In this document: one piece after another, positions 1 through 13,644 of the stretch | Numbering within the stretch: position 1 is the stretch's first letter | Layout: each line of letters opens with the position of its first letter | Assembly: GCF_009914755.1 (NCBI RefSeq) | Contig: NC_060932.1 | Origin: the human T2T-CHM13v2.0 reference genome, Homo sapiens | Length of the DNA stretch: 64,000 nucleotides | Strand: one strand, 5' to 3' | Position numbers and translations under genes: made by a program | Notes under the pieces: generated by a model | Told to the model about the DNA's origin: nothing | What the model saw: the letters and a program-made list of their open reading frames with translations, nothing else | Databases searched by the model: none

Positions 1-524
1 GATATAAGAAAAAAATGTCGGGAAATGTGGGGTTATTTAGGAGATGACCATTCTCCTGGTGCCTCTAAAATTACAATCCATGTAATAGAACCAAATGCAT
101 TTGTCTAATTCTTATCCTGTATTCTAATAAAAGGCAGAGATTGAAACTATTAGTTTCATGTTTAACTCTATTATTTAACTTATCAGATAACTAAGATTTG
201 GCCATATTTTCAAAACAGAAACAGAAACACAATGTTAGAGCTGAAATGATCACGGCTGCTGTTTCTCGAAATGTCTGCTCCTTAAAGACCATGGCCCAGA
301 GAAAGAAAGTCTCACAGAAATGCAGTGACACAGTAACGATTAGAATGCAGGTCTATGACCATCTGTTCTCCAGTGAGGAGGAAACAACAAAAGATACTTT
401 CCTCTTGGTTAGTAGCTCACCGACATTACATTTTCCTCTGGATTTTTGTGTTATATACGTTATATGTACCTAAAGCCACCAAGCAGAAGACGTGAGCGTG
501 ACTAGAGTCTACGCCAGGTATTCA

Positions 525-620
525 CATGACCTAAAGGTAAGGCTCAATTTCTCTGCCTCAGTCTCCTCCTCTTTAACATGGGGCTAACAACACGAAATTA
601 TTGTGAAGTACTTTGAAAAC
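525..620 (+). mobile_element. MIR SINE fragment (core region)
   Basis: ctctgcctcagtctcctcctctttaacatggggctaacaa resembles the MIR core CTCTGAGCCTCAGTTTCCTCATCTGTAAAATGGGGATAATA. Confidence 0.55.
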
Positions 621-2520
621 TATTACCTGCAATTAAAATGTGATTTACCTTATTGTCATGCTAAAACATTTGAGACATTTATACAAATGGTGACTACATG
701 CAAGTTTATCTCAGACAGAAAAGTGATAATCCCAATGCTGTCAGAACTAAATTTACAAGGAGTTTATGCTGTTGCTGTGATAAGGTGCTAAAAATGACCT
801 CTTTGACAAAGTGTAAATCCTTCTCCATTTCCTAACTTTTCAGTATCTCAATTACCTACTCTCTTAAGTGGTCATTAACTTCAACACTATTTTTAGTCAA
901 GTACAAAATAGATTTTTTTTTTTTTGAATTAGAGAGTGTATTTGGAGGAGATCTGAAGAAAACATACAAATTTTGAAGGAACACTGTCTTTTTACCAATG
1001 GGTTTCTAAGTCACAGCATCTTATTTAAGATTCAGAGGTTGAATTTTAAAATATGCTGAAACATGAAAATGATACAATTGACCACTCTGGAAACTGGATA
1101 GCAAATGCAGTGCTGTTGGGTTTGAGTATATCTGTCATGTTGGAAGAAGGAATGAGAGGTGGATTGAAGGAGTGAAATGATGTAGTCCATGAGGGATCAT
1201 TCACAGAGACATTTCCTCTCCAAAAAGATACTATTTACCACTTGAGCCTGAAGAAAGAAGTGAGATAAGTTCTACGATGATGGAAGTTTTTCTTTCTAGG
1301 GGCTCTCTTGAATATATTCTTTAATGCCTTAGCAAGTCTGATGAACTGAAAGATTTACCATATTTTTCTAAGTGCCTCACTTTCCCTTCAGGTACAACCT
1401 GGGCTTTCAGGAAAAATCTGACTTATTGTGTCTTATAATGAAGTAGAAAGACTTATTAAAAACAGAGAATTAAGTAGATGAACATAATGATCTTTTTAAA
1501 TGACCTCTCATTATTCTCTTAGAAGAAATGACTTAGTTAAGAAGAAGAGTCTTGGAAAGATACTGCCTATGCTAGCACTCAACTCGTGAAATGCTTCTTT
1601 CTCCAGTGAAAGTCAGCTGTTTGGTTCCCTTTCCAAAGAATTTCTGAACTTAGCACCACTTCAATTTGCTGCTCTAAGAATATTGACCTTAATTCCCATT
1701 TAAGAGAGTGAAGGGTTAGGATTAATGTTTCTTTTTTATATATGCTGCCTTGCAAAACCCTTTCCATTTACTCATAAAAAGGGCTTGCCAACCTTTTTTT
1801 ATTGAATGGATAAAGCCCAGGTTATTTCCATCTTAAAAGTATGATCAAATATAGCAGTCGTAAGAAAACAGGAGACCAGAAGAGCCAACTGCAATAGACT
1901 GTAATATAATGCTATAGACTAGTTTATCAGATATCTTTATCAGGAAATTATTATAAGATTAGAAAGTATAATATTTACATTTAATTGTATTTTACACAAT
2001 GGCAGTTCTCATGAGGAAATATACCTTAAAAGAAGAAAAACAAATTAAACTAACATGTTCACATGCACTGTATATTCTGGCAGGAGGTCATCACAGAGTC
2101 TTGCAGATTCTGTCCTGCCCAAGGCAGCCAGCCAAGGGTGTAAGTGGGGGACGAAATCCAATTCACTTTGAGCTCACTAAACTCCAATGCCTGTTGTAGG
2201 ACTGGGCGGTTTTCTAATTCTCTCAAAAGCATTATATGGGCTACTGGTGGACACTTCTGGACTATTTCTGTCTGGTCGCAAATTGCCTTCTGTCTAATGG
2301 TCTAAAAGCAGTCTGTCTCTCTTAGAACAATCTATCTGACAAAAAGGGAGCACATGGCTATTGGCCAAAGAATTGACTTGCATTTCCCAGACTGACCTGA
2401 TCCCACCCTCAGTCCCCAGAAGGGAATGGAGAAACCTACTCTTCACTGATAAAAATTCTGGTGGAAATCTGGATGGTATCAGATGGTATTTAGCTAGGGA
2501 GATAAGAAATGCTTAAATCT

Positions 2521-2853
<333 letters not shown>

Positions 2854-5329
2854 TTATGATAAAATTTAGCATAAATAAGAACAGAAATTGCCAGTTATAG
2901 AAATAAGGTTGTTGAAAACCCTTAACAAATATGGCAGTTAGTATTTTTTTAAAAAAGAAATGCTTAAATCCTTCTTTTGTCCAGCAATGGCCTTGTTCCC
3001 TTGAGGTACCCTGTGGAAATATTAAGCCAGGGGACAATGGTCAAAAGAAAGCTAAATTCTACATTATTATTAATTGGGATTTTGTACCAAATTTCAATAC
3101 AGAGCTCTCAAATTTTGCTGAAGTATAAAGCCTAGTGCTGAAGTGTAAGAAGGCCAGCCAATCCTCCACTGAAACTAACATTCAAATATTAGTATTTTAC
3201 CATCCTCCTCCCAACCACAGGAGACAGACCTGATATGTGTATTGAGCACACATGAGTGAAGGCAAGAAGAGTGGACGAGGGACGTTAGCCAGGCTCCATA
3301 TTGGTTTAGGACTGCCACCAAGGGTAAGGGTGGGATTGGGCACCTCAAGGAAAGAATGGAATGAAGCAGAGAGGAAAGTACCAGCAACAAGACTTGGACC
3401 TCACTGCTCAGGCCACATGGAAATAGGAAGCATGAGAAACACTGAGAAGCTGCCCTGATAAGAGCACAGGGGAGGCCCAGAGAAAGGGCCGTGTTCCTGA
3501 GTGTGCAGTTTTAAAGCAGCTTGCCCCTGTCTTCCAGGCTATATGGTCAATCATTGTTCTAGAATATGACCCAATTGGATTTGTATATTTTACTATTCTT
3601 GAGATTGAACCAGGAAAGGGCCTATGGGAAGAGACCTCTTGCTTTCTTTATTCAGGTACTATTTCTGTTCTTACAGATTTTTATCCCTATTCCTTTTTTC
3701 CAAACATTTCCCTTCTTTAGGAAGCACTTCATGAGTATGTAACTTCTCTAAACTATCATGTCATGACATTTAACCTTAAGAAGTAGAGCACAGCATTATA
3801 ATGTCCCTCTTGTTCCATGCCTAACATTCTGTGCCTATGTTTCCACATGTAATCAAGTTGAGAACATTGCAAAATTTTAAATTCATAACTCTTGCCACAA
3901 GTTGCTCGCCATGTGGTTGAAATGATAGGATCCATGTATGTGGTAACGTGCAGCAAAATTTTAAGAAATAATTTCAATATGGAAGTATGGGGAACCCTGA
4001 GTTCTTTTCCAGGAGAGATTGCTGCAATTTAGAGGGGAGGGGAAATTGTTTATGGGAAAGGTAAAAATTAAACTCAAACCTGATTAGTGTTCAGGGAGGA
4101 GGAAGAAAGGAATTGCTATTAGAAAGAACAGATCTTACAAAGGGATAGAAGACAGAAAATGCACACTTGTTTGTTTGTTTTTGTTTTTTTGTGGGTTTTC
4201 TGTTTGTTTGGTTGGTTGGTTCAGGAGGAGGGAGCAGTGCATATTCTACTCCAGCCATAGCAGAGCTTTGGAAAGTGGTGAGAGATACGGTAAGGCCTAG
4301 CCAAACTGTGGCAGCTATTTAATGTTGGCTAAAGGCAATTTGAATTTTATCCCACTGAAAAATAAGAAAATCTGAGGATATAGGCCTTCAAGTCTGACTT
4401 TCGGTTCTCACTAAATTCCAAAATTTTTACATATCTATTATTATTATTGGAAACATTATTTCTAAGCTATCAACATGTAATTTGTGGTTCAGTGTGTCTG
4501 GGAAACAGAGTATTTCTATGATTTTTGAACTTAGAGTTTAGGAAATTTCCAATTTTGAAGCAAATATTCTCTTAGTGTCCCAAAAGATCAAGTACATTTT
4601 TTTTTCTTCTAATGCTTGGTCTGCACCATTCCATCTCAAATCACAGCTCATCACTGATTACACAAATACTTACAAGCAGGGCCCATTTTTAGTAGGTAAT
4701 GAAGTGTAAGGATGAAGCTTAAATGATGCAATATACCCAATGTCTAGCCTTACATAAATAAATAAAGGGCCATTTGTTTCATTTCACTTCAATACACACT
4801 TTTGCAAGGGAACGTTCTATTTCTTTTGGCACACACAAAAAATTCTAAGTATACATCAACATTTTTTAATGTTGAAATATAGTTTTGCTTTTCCTTTATT
4901 CTAAAATAACTATATAATAAACATACTGGACATTTTTTGGTGCTTTGTTCAACAATGAACAGGCCGAATTTCCTCCCCAGATGCCTCGTGACATTGGCAT
5001 ATGCATAGCAGGAAACGTACACACTCCAAGTCATAATCCTGTCTGGATAAATCTGCCATGTGTGCTGGGCAAGCCAGACCTCATTCACCTGTTCATACTG
5101 ACATTTAATCCATCACCAAACCTTACCTAGGGACTTTCTAAAGATAGTAATCTCACTGAAGGAGAAATGTACAGATTGCTACTCTTTGGGACTATTTTAA
5201 AGTATTTTGATGTTTGGAGAAGTGGAAGAAGAGAGGAAGATACAAGGGAAGAAACTACACTTGATGTAGAGTTAATCCATTTAAGCTTCAGAGCCTACCT
5301 TGTGATGTAAGCGTTGTCTCACCTATTTC

Positions 5330-5425
5330 CAGAAAAGGAGGTTAAAGCCAATGTTACATCACAAGTAAGCAGTGTAGATAAAATTTGAACCTGAAAATCC
5401 CTGGCTCAAAGTCCAAAGCTTTCAA
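5330..5425 (-). mobile_element. MIR fragment
   Basis: gaggttaaag...aaatttgaacctg...ctggctcaaagtccaaagctttc resembles the reverse complement of the MIR 5' half. Confidence 0.45.
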
Positions 5426-6177
5426 TTACACAATCTTGTCAAGAACGTAAAAACAGATGAGTGCATTGAATAGAAGAAAAGATGGCCCAAAGATTAATAT
5501 TTGTAAATCTCCTCTAATATCTTGGTTAAATTTACCACCCAAAATAAACTTCAATATTGTCATGAAAAAAAAACATATCAGTTGTCAAAATTGACTCCAT
5601 TGCACTGGCATACACTGCAGCTTAAGATATCCAAATGACTTAGCAGCAGAGCCAAGCGAATAGTTGAAAAATCACCCACTGTACTTCTAATTGAAATAGC
5701 CAATCTGTATAATATGCACTGTAAAATATGACTTTTCCATACAGCATTTGAAGCAGAATTCAGATAGATTCACTACTCAATTAAATCAGCCTTCATAGGG
5801 TTTAGACACACTTGAATTTTTTGGTTTAAAAATGGTGAAGGGAGTGCTCTTTTATACTTTGTTGTTGTCATTATGATTATTGTTACTTTAGGAACCATAT
5901 ATTTTAATCTGCAACTGCCTCTGAAAATGTCTATTCACATTTTTCAAAAAAGAAGCAAGTAGTGAGAAAGGTGCATTTAGAAATATTACCAACTCTCAAA
6001 TCTCCAGTGAGCATCTGTGTATAGTATAAAGGCAAAATGCAGATGCCACTGATATGTTAATTATCCTAAGAGAAAGAAGGTATTATGTACCTAAATACAG
6101 TTGTATATATGTATAATGTGTGTATATGTTTATGTTTATACACACACCATATATACCTAACTATACTCTATGTACAC

Positions 6178-6557
6178 TGTTACGGCTTGGCTCTATGTCC
6201 CCACTGAAATCTCATCTCAAATTGTAATCTGAACTGTAATCCCCATGTTTGGGGGTTGGGACCTGTTGGGAGGTGATTGGATCATGGGGTGGTTTCCCCC
6301 ATGCTGTTCTCATGATAGTGAGTTCTTGCGAGATCTGATGGTTTTATAACGGGCTCTTCCCCCTTCCCTTGGCACTTCTCCTAACTGTGGCCTTGTGAAG
6401 AAGGTGCATTGGCTTCCCCTTCACCTTCCACCATGATTGTAAGTTTCCCGAGGCCTCCCCAGCCATGTGGAAATGTGAGTCAATTAAACCTCTTTTGTTT
6501 ATAAATTACTCAGTCTTAGGTAGTATCTTTGTAACAGTGTGAAAATGAACAAATATA
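6178..6557 (+). mobile_element. THE1 solo LTR (THE1D-like, ERVL-MaLR)
   Basis: Starts TGTTACGGCTTGGCTCTATGTCCCCAC..AAATCTCATCTC; contains CATGCTGTTCTCATGATAGTGAG, GAGGCCTCCCCAGCCATGTGGAA and GTCAATTAAACCTCTTT; ends CAGTGTGAAAATGAACAAATA; ~380 bp. Confidence 0.92.
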
Positions 6558-6590
6558 TATATATATACACATACATATATATATATATAC
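6553..6590. repeat. (TA)n/(CA)n low-complexity tract
   Basis: atatatatatatacacatacatatatatatatatac directly after the LTR. Confidence 0.85.
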
Positions 6591-6720
6591 TCTATTATAT
6601 ATAACTGCTTCAAGACTATTTTTAGTCCTACAGTCTATTCATATTTTTCTAAATTTTCAAAAGTTTTACAAACTCTGTTTCTATTATTTTATATATAAAC
6701 AATGTTAAAAATATTCAGAG

Positions 6721-6940
6721 CAATGGATATTTAGGGATGAGGGATGGGAGTCATCCACCCTGAGGGGAGATATATTTTTTCATGAAAACTGCTTAGAATT
6801 GTCAGGGCCTGATAATAAATGCAGACCAACTATTAGTTGGTTTTGTTACTGTCTTTAAATTATCTCCTTAAAAGGCAGACATTCATCACCTGCACCTAGA
6901 GTAGACCACCTCAATTGCTCCCTCCCTTGGTAGGCCACTA
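6721..6940 (-). mobile_element. Arthur1A/MER69A-like hAT-Tip100 DNA transposon
   Basis: Minus strand reads TAGTGGCCTACCAAGGG...AATTTAAAGACAGTAACAAAACCAACTAATAGTTGGTCTGCATTTATTATC...ACAATTCTAAGCAG, matching the recalled Arthur1 consensus; degenerate CAGTGG termini. Confidence 0.6.
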
Positions 6941-6984
6941 GCTGAAGGCCTTCTAGGAGAAAGTCATCACGTCTAAGTGTCTTG

Positions 6985-7120
6985 TTTCCTTAGTGGAACT
7001 GGAAGTACTTACTCCATAAGGCTGCCTTGACAATTAAATAAATTACAATTTTGAAAGTGGTTAGAACACTGCCTGAGATAGAGCAAGCATTACAGCACTG
7101 TTTGTTTAAGTAAATAAATG
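6985..7120 (+). mobile_element. MIR 3' portion
   Basis: attaaataaattaca...gaaagtggttagaacactgcctgagatagagcaagcatt resembles the MIR/L2 3' end. Confidence 0.5.
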
Positions 7121-7149
7121 ATATTTATGAAAAGCCTGATGTAGCAGTC

Positions 7150-7192
7150 CGCCAATTTTATAGATGAAGAAACTGAGTCTCAGAGGAGGTTA
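7150..7192 (-). mobile_element. MIR core fragment
   Basis: ccaattttatagatgaagaaactgagtctcagaggaggtta matches the MIR core reverse complement CCCATTTTACAGATGAGGAAACTGAGGCTCAGAGAGGTTA. Confidence 0.7.
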
Positions 7193-7996
7193 AAAAAAAA
7201 AGACATCAAACAGAAAATGATTGTGGTTTAAAGTAAAGATATTGACACTAAACCTGTACCCATTCTACCTCTCCCACACAAACGGGATCATGGCTTTAGT
7301 TTTTATTGTGTTATCCAATTATTGCCTTATTTTGCATATTTACTTCCCAAATTATTTGTGTACATATTTTTAACCTATAGCTTTATGGTATTTCAGAGCA
7401 GGTGCACTGAAGTATGGCAAGAGGGAAGATGACAGTTATTAAGAAAAAGTGAATTTATTCAACTTTTTAAGCTACTAAAAGCGTGCAAATTAGATTGTTA
7501 TTGTTATTTTAAGAAAAAGAACATTATGTATTGAAAAAGTATGCCTTTCCAAGAAACCACTAACCAGATGTTGGGGTCTTGAGATATCCCAAAGGGATAC
7601 TGGTAAAAAATGATGAAAGAACTTCCACACAAAAATCTAAGAAAGCGCGCACACATGTTATAACTATGAATATTGTTTGCAAAAATTTAACAAATCTGCT
7701 TCATCATCAGATACTACAGCCCCGGGATAGCCTGGTCTGGAAATGTGGTTTAAGGAAGAATAAAAATACAAATAGAGGAAAAATTACTAGGAAAATGTTA
7801 ACACAATAAATTAAGTAGAATAGAGAAGGAATGCCAATATCTAAAGTTTATTACACACATGTGCCATTACCTGTGTGGTAATGGACTATTCAGTCTTTGA
7901 TTCTATTCACAAGGCAGCAGTTAAAGGCTACATGATATAATCAATCAACTAGTTATTTGACATCGAATGTTTATTGAGCGTTTATCATGTGCAGGA

Positions 7997-8000
<4 letters not shown>

Positions 8001-8028
<28 letters not shown>
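8001..8028. repeat. (TG)14 microsatellite
   Basis: Perfect TG dinucleotide run. Confidence 0.97.
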
Positions 8029-8031
<3 letters not shown>

Positions 8032-9738
8032 TGCACAAAAACACATCTGACTATATATACGTATATATATGTATATATAGTGACAAAATACATATACTAT
8101 GCATACACATTAGAAGCTAGATGCCATTTTGACTGTTTGGATTTTTTTTTCCCTGACCTTACACTTTAAAAAAAATTTATTTCTTAAAGCAATTGGTTAG
8201 TTTTTATAGGTGATATAGCCAGTGTGAGTTCACCATCTATGAACTGTAGTTTTCTTTATTAAGAATATTATTGTTTCAACCAATAGCATGCCAATACTTT
8301 CTCATTTTATCAAAACTGGAAATGTGTCTCCAAAAAATGGACCTATTGCTTTCTGAGGGGAAAATCTTTTCTACTGCATATCATCCCCACTTATCCATGT
8401 ATCTTTGCTACTCAAGTAGGGCAGAGCCACAGAGAACAAAAGACAACGTCTTACTTTAGTGATGGCTGTGTAGGACAGAGAACCTTAAAGGACCCCACCA
8501 CTCTCTTACCTGTGTTTGTTTATAGGGGTTTTGTTTGCCTGTGTGTGCTTGCTTAATGCTTTGCATTTGCAAAGTAAAAGCAAGGTCATCTCTGTTGAGA
8601 AGCTTGTTGGGTACTCCAGATGGATTTTGCTAATTCTTGGGAAGGCCTGAAGTTTAGATAAGTGGAGACTGTAGAAAAGTTCAATTCTTCCTGTTACTGA
8701 TTTCTTTAGTGTTTTAACTCCATCTCCTAGTGGGCAGCTCTTTGTTTTATGTTGCTGGGTGGATGGCCATTGGCTCTCTTTCTGGTTTTATTGGAAGTTT
8801 CTTCAAATGGCTGTGGTAAATTTCAATGAACTTTTTTATCATGCTCATTTCACTTAATTTGGTAGTTGTGGAGTTCCAAGTCAAACAGAAATTTCAGGCA
8901 AAATGCTCAAAGGGGAAAAACTTGAATCCAAATCAGCAGGACTTAAAAGCAACACTGTGTGTGCCGGGAACTTGCCCAGAGATTAACCCTATTGAATAGT
9001 GACAGGCAGCTATGACATTACCTGTCAATGTTTGCTTCTCCAGAGGGTCCCAAGAACCACTTCATGCTCACTGAACCCCTGCTTCATAGCTTGGAGCCTG
9101 AGTAATTGGATATCTTTGAAAGAGAAGAGTAGGTGCCCTCGTGGAGGCACCATGCTGGGTCTTGGCAGCAGTGTGAGGGCAGCCCTGAAGAGGAATTATA
9201 CTCATGAAGACTCCTGAATTCCATCTTTGTGAAACTCCATTCACTCTGTTGCTTGTTTCTGGCAAACTGAGAGCATCCTGAGAATGGGTCAAGGATCTTT
9301 CAAGGGAATCCCTGCTAGCAAGATTGAATCACATTTCCAAAAGCAAACTGGAACAATTTTCCATGTCAGAAAGGATCGTTATGACAACTGTATACTGGGA
9401 CAGTGGGCATGACAGGAATTGGAGATGGAAACATAGTTTTCCAAAAGAAAAGCAAGCCCTACAGGGTATTAATTTTTCAACTTAGCTAAGGTTTGTTGGC
9501 TGATCAGAGTAAATGCTGCTTCTTTGCCTGGTCCATAGCTTTTTCCTGCTCTTTGCCTATTCTTCCTCTATATGTGAGTGGTCAAGAACATTTTGTAAGA
9601 CATAGAGGAAAGACATGCAGGAGTCTTGGCAAGATGAATGGGCTTGATTTATATCAGGAATTTTTACTCTAAATTATTGACTCCGTTATTTCTTCCTGCC
9701 TCTATATTCTGAATTAACCCAAACAATAGGTCACCTGC

Positions 9739-9784
9739 TACTTTTAATGGCAAAACCCACAATTACTTCTGCACCAATTTAATA
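9739..9784. mobile_element. Half MADE1 (Hsmar1-derived MITE): one terminal inverted repeat plus spacer
   Basis: TACTTTTAATGGCAAAACCCACAATTACTTCTGCACCAATTTAATA vs the MADE1 right half ACTTTTAATGGCAAAAACCGCAATTACTTTTGCACCAACCTAATA. Confidence 0.85.
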
Positions 9785-11813
9785 TTTCAGATAGAATAAG
9801 AGAACTTAATTATTAAAGAGTAATGGAAGAAATATATTAATAGGTCATAAATCTGGAGAAATATGAGAAAAATTTAAAAAGAAATTTTGACACAGCATTT
9901 ATAAAACTTCCCCTTCCCTATTACATTTTTATTCTTTTCTTTCAACAAAGTAGATTACAAAAATGCAGAATATTTTAGATACATCACATACAATAGCAGA
10001 GTATCCAAGTCGAGCTGCAGTGTGTGTAAATCCCATATTTGTCACAGAGAGGTCTGCTGTGCTTTTCTACAAGTCGGGCACTATAGCAAATTCCCAGTTA
10101 CTATGTATGTGCTCCATAGCACCAGGGTATTGCAGATATCCAACAGTGCTGTGCTGATAAATTTTGTCTTTGAAAAAGAAAAAAAAAGTCCCTATTTATA
10201 GCATTTCCCATTTTCCATGGCATAAATACTTCCCACACAGTAGACTTCAAGCTACCAACTGATGTCACTAAACACAGAGCTGGGAAAAAAAAATGTGCAT
10301 AATTGGCTCTTGTAAGCCTATGCCAGTCTCCCATCAATATACTTGGAACTAGGAGACAACTTAGAAATTCTCTACCCAAACCCCGAAAGTTTTGGAGTAA
10401 ATGAGGTGGAATGATTTGTGAAAGCCAAGCAGGAATGGCCAAGTTGGGAATAGATGCATTATTCCTAGTTCAAGCTCCTTTCTTCTACACTAAAATACAA
10501 CTTATGAATTTGCCTGTGCATCTGTATATTTCAATCTGAACAACGATAAATGAAAAACAGACAATGAGTGGTTGGTTATATCTTAAAAATAGATGTAACC
10601 AAGCTAATACATTGAAGCAGGCACTGGTATTTGCTGAAATGCTATCTTTATTTCTCCTTATTGTACTTACCTCCTCACATCTGTCCATGTCATCTGGAAA
10701 CTTACAGGATCAAGTCTACACTGTACAGAAACCAATTACTGCTCAGCAGAACTGAGCTCCAGATCCCTTTCTGTCTGACCACAGTGCACCACCAAGATTT
10801 TCTAATGTGGCTTCCTTCAGATCAGTATGAAGCAGCTTGTATTTTTAGTGACCACAGAGAAATGGCTCCTTTGGACTTCATCTCAATCAATGGTTGTGTG
10901 GGTCTCAGCCAAAAAGAAAGTGATTCAAAGCAGAGCTCCAAGAAAGGGCTGGATGTACACCTGAAACTGAAATTGCTGGGGAGAACCTCAATGCCAAAGC
11001 CATAGCCAAAGCAAAAGTCCAGCCTTACAAACTGAGCAAACATAGCTGTGTCAGAGAACAGCTGTAACTGAGCTTACTCACAACAGGACTTGTTCTTCTT
11101 GCACCGAATTCCAGGTTTATCACAGCAGTAACATTTGTGGCAGCAAGTCATACTTCAAGTCCTGGTGGTTGTTGAGTGTGAAGGTGTTAATTATACCGCC
11201 TGTCTAGGTCTGAATTACTTTAGAGGCAGGCACTTACCGACACACAACACCTTTTTAAAAACCCATAGAAATCTTGAAAATTTTTCAGCCTGAACAGGTA
11301 CCTAGAAGAGACATTCCAACATCAAAACTTTGGGAGAAACTGTTAGACTATCAGGGGAAACTCCAGATTTTATATATGAAAGGTTGAAAGATTACAAACT
11401 TTCAGAAAGGAGGGCCAGAATTCTCCTCAAGGGACATTAGCCCTGCAAGCATATTGTTCTATTGTTTAGTTGGAAAGCTTTTCAGGAGCTGATAGAGATT
11501 TTGGAGCCCACAGAGATTGTTATATTTCCCACAGACCTCCCTATAGTACCTCACCTTTCTGTAATCTAATGAAATTTTCAGAAGGAGACACATTAGGCAC
11601 CTGTAGCTGATATTATTCATCTAAACTTACTCTTAAAAATAAGCAATCTTCCATTGCACATGTGGTAACATAATTAAGGGTGTCAATAATCCCTTAAAAA
11701 GACACCCAAAAGGGTTTGTATTTGAAGAGGTGGACATGGTCATCCAAAACCTGTGGAGTCTAAGGTCCAGGATTTAAGGTTCAGCTTGCAAGTCTTGAAT
11801 GATTCGTTTGACT

Positions 11814-11944
11814 CAGTGGTTCTCACTTACCTCTCATTAGAGTTGTCTGGGGAGTGCTTAAAAAATGCCAAGGTTGGCATGGTTTTGTTGATTTGTTAAG
11901 ATACTCAGGTGACTCTAAATATACATACAGGATTAAGAACCTCT
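11814..11944. mobile_element. MER5-type hAT-Charlie MITE
   Basis: CAGTGGTTCTCA...cattagagttgtctggggagtgcttaaaaaatgcc...CAGGTGACTCTAA...ttaagaacctct, with termini typical of MER5A/B. Confidence 0.6.
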
Positions 11945-12305
11945 AAGTCACTTTTCTGATTCTCAATAATATTCTATTTTAAAAAGGAAAAATAACATCT
12001 AACTTTCAGGAACCTACACAGACATTGCATATAAAAGTTCTTCATAATCAGGAAGGATATTACATGTATATGTATTATCTGTGTTAATTACAAAAAAAAA
12101 ATAGACTTTGCTATATGAGAAGTTCTATGTTTTTACTTATAACACTGATATTTCTTGATCAGTAAGTGCATAGAACTGTTCTGTAGGTAACTTTTTTCAT
12201 CCTTTGGTAGCGACAAGCAATCTTTCTTTAGTAAACGTAAGTTTCAGTGTTTTGTAGTATTTTATTGGGGACTTATAAGAGGAAAAAGGGTAACAAACAG
12301 CAAAA

Positions 12306-13644
12306 ATGCTTTTGGAGTCTTCCTCATGAAGTCTTTGCCCAGACCAATGTCCAGAGTGGTATTTCTTAGATTTTCTTCTAGGGTTTTCTAGTTTTAAGTT
12401 TTACAGTTAAATCCTTAATCTTGAGTTGATTTTTGTATAAGGTGAAAGGTGGGGGTCTAGTTTCAATCTTCTACATATGGCTAGCCAGTTACCTCAGCAA
12501 CATTTATTGAATGGGGTGTCATTTTCCCCTTGCTTGTTTTTGTTGGTTTTGTCAAAGATCAGATGGTTGTAGGTGTGTGGCTTAATTTCTGGGTTCTCTA
12601 ACCTGTTTGATTGGTCTGTCTGTTTTTGTAACAGTACCATGCTATTTTAGTTACTGTAGCCTTGCAGTATAGTTTGAAGTCCAGTAGTGTGAAATCACCA
12701 GCTTTGTTATTTTGCTTAGGATAGCTTTGGCCATTCAAGCTCTTTCTTGGTTCCAATTGAGTTTTGGAATGTCGTTTGTTTGTTTGTTTGTTTTCCAGTT
12801 CCATGAAAAATGTCCTTGGTAGTTTGATAAGAATAGCCTTGCATCGGTAAATTGCTTTTTGTAGTATGGCCATTTTAACAGTATTGAAATTTCTTATCCA
12901 TGAACATGGAATGTTTTTCTACTTGTGTGTGTCATCTCTGATTTCTTTCAGCAGTGTTTTGTAATTCTTGTTGTAGAGATCTTTCACCTTCCTGGTTAGC
13001 TGTATTCTAGGTATTTAATTCATTTTGTGGCTACTGTGAATAGGACCGCATTCTTGATTTGGCTCTCAGCTTGGATGTTATTGGTATATACAAATGCTAT
13101 TGATTTTTGTACATTGATTTTGTATCCTGAAACTTTGCTGAAGTTGTTTATCAGATCTAAGATCCTTTGGGCAGAGATTATGGGGTTTTCTAGGTGTAGT
13201 ATCATATCATCTGCAAAGAAAGATAGTTTAACTTCCTTTCTTCCTGTTAGCATGCCTTTTATTTTTTTTCCTTGCCTGATTGCTCTGGCTAGGACTTCTG
13301 GTACTATGCTGAATAGGGATGGTGAAGGTGAACATCCTTGTTTCATTTCAGTTCTCATGGGGAATGCTTCCAGCTTTTGCCTGTTCAGTACGATGTTGCT
13401 GTGGGTTTGTCATAGATGGCTTTTAATATTTTAAGGTATGTACCTTCGATGCCTAGCTTGTTGATGGTTTTTAGCATGAAGCCATGTTGTATTGTATCAA
13501 AAGCCTTTTCTGCATCTATTGAAATGATCATGAGGTTTTTGTTTTCAGTTCTGTTGCTGTACTGAATCACAATTATTGATTTGCATATGTTAAACCAACC
13601 TGTGTCCCAGGAATAAAGCCTACTTGATCCGGTGAATTAGCTTT
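12306..13644 (-). mobile_element. L1 (L1PA15/16-like) ORF2 segment, inverted 5' part; decayed reverse transcriptase-region coding sequence
   Basis: Minus-strand translations [56 protein letters not shown] and [14 protein letters not shown] are L1 ORF2p RT motifs; frameshifts and stops present. Confidence 0.97.

Noticed and set aside
8051-8080. Palindromic CTATATATAC..GTATATATAG (also 40143-40190)
   Set aside because: Self-complementarity is a trivial consequence of (TA)n low complexity.
9739-9784. miR-548 family gene
   Set aside because: Only one MADE1 arm is present, so no hairpin can form.
12598-13570. Reverse-transcriptase-like ORFs (FFADD motif)
   Set aside because: Frameshifted fragments of a dead, truncated L1 ORF2; not a functional or novel RT.
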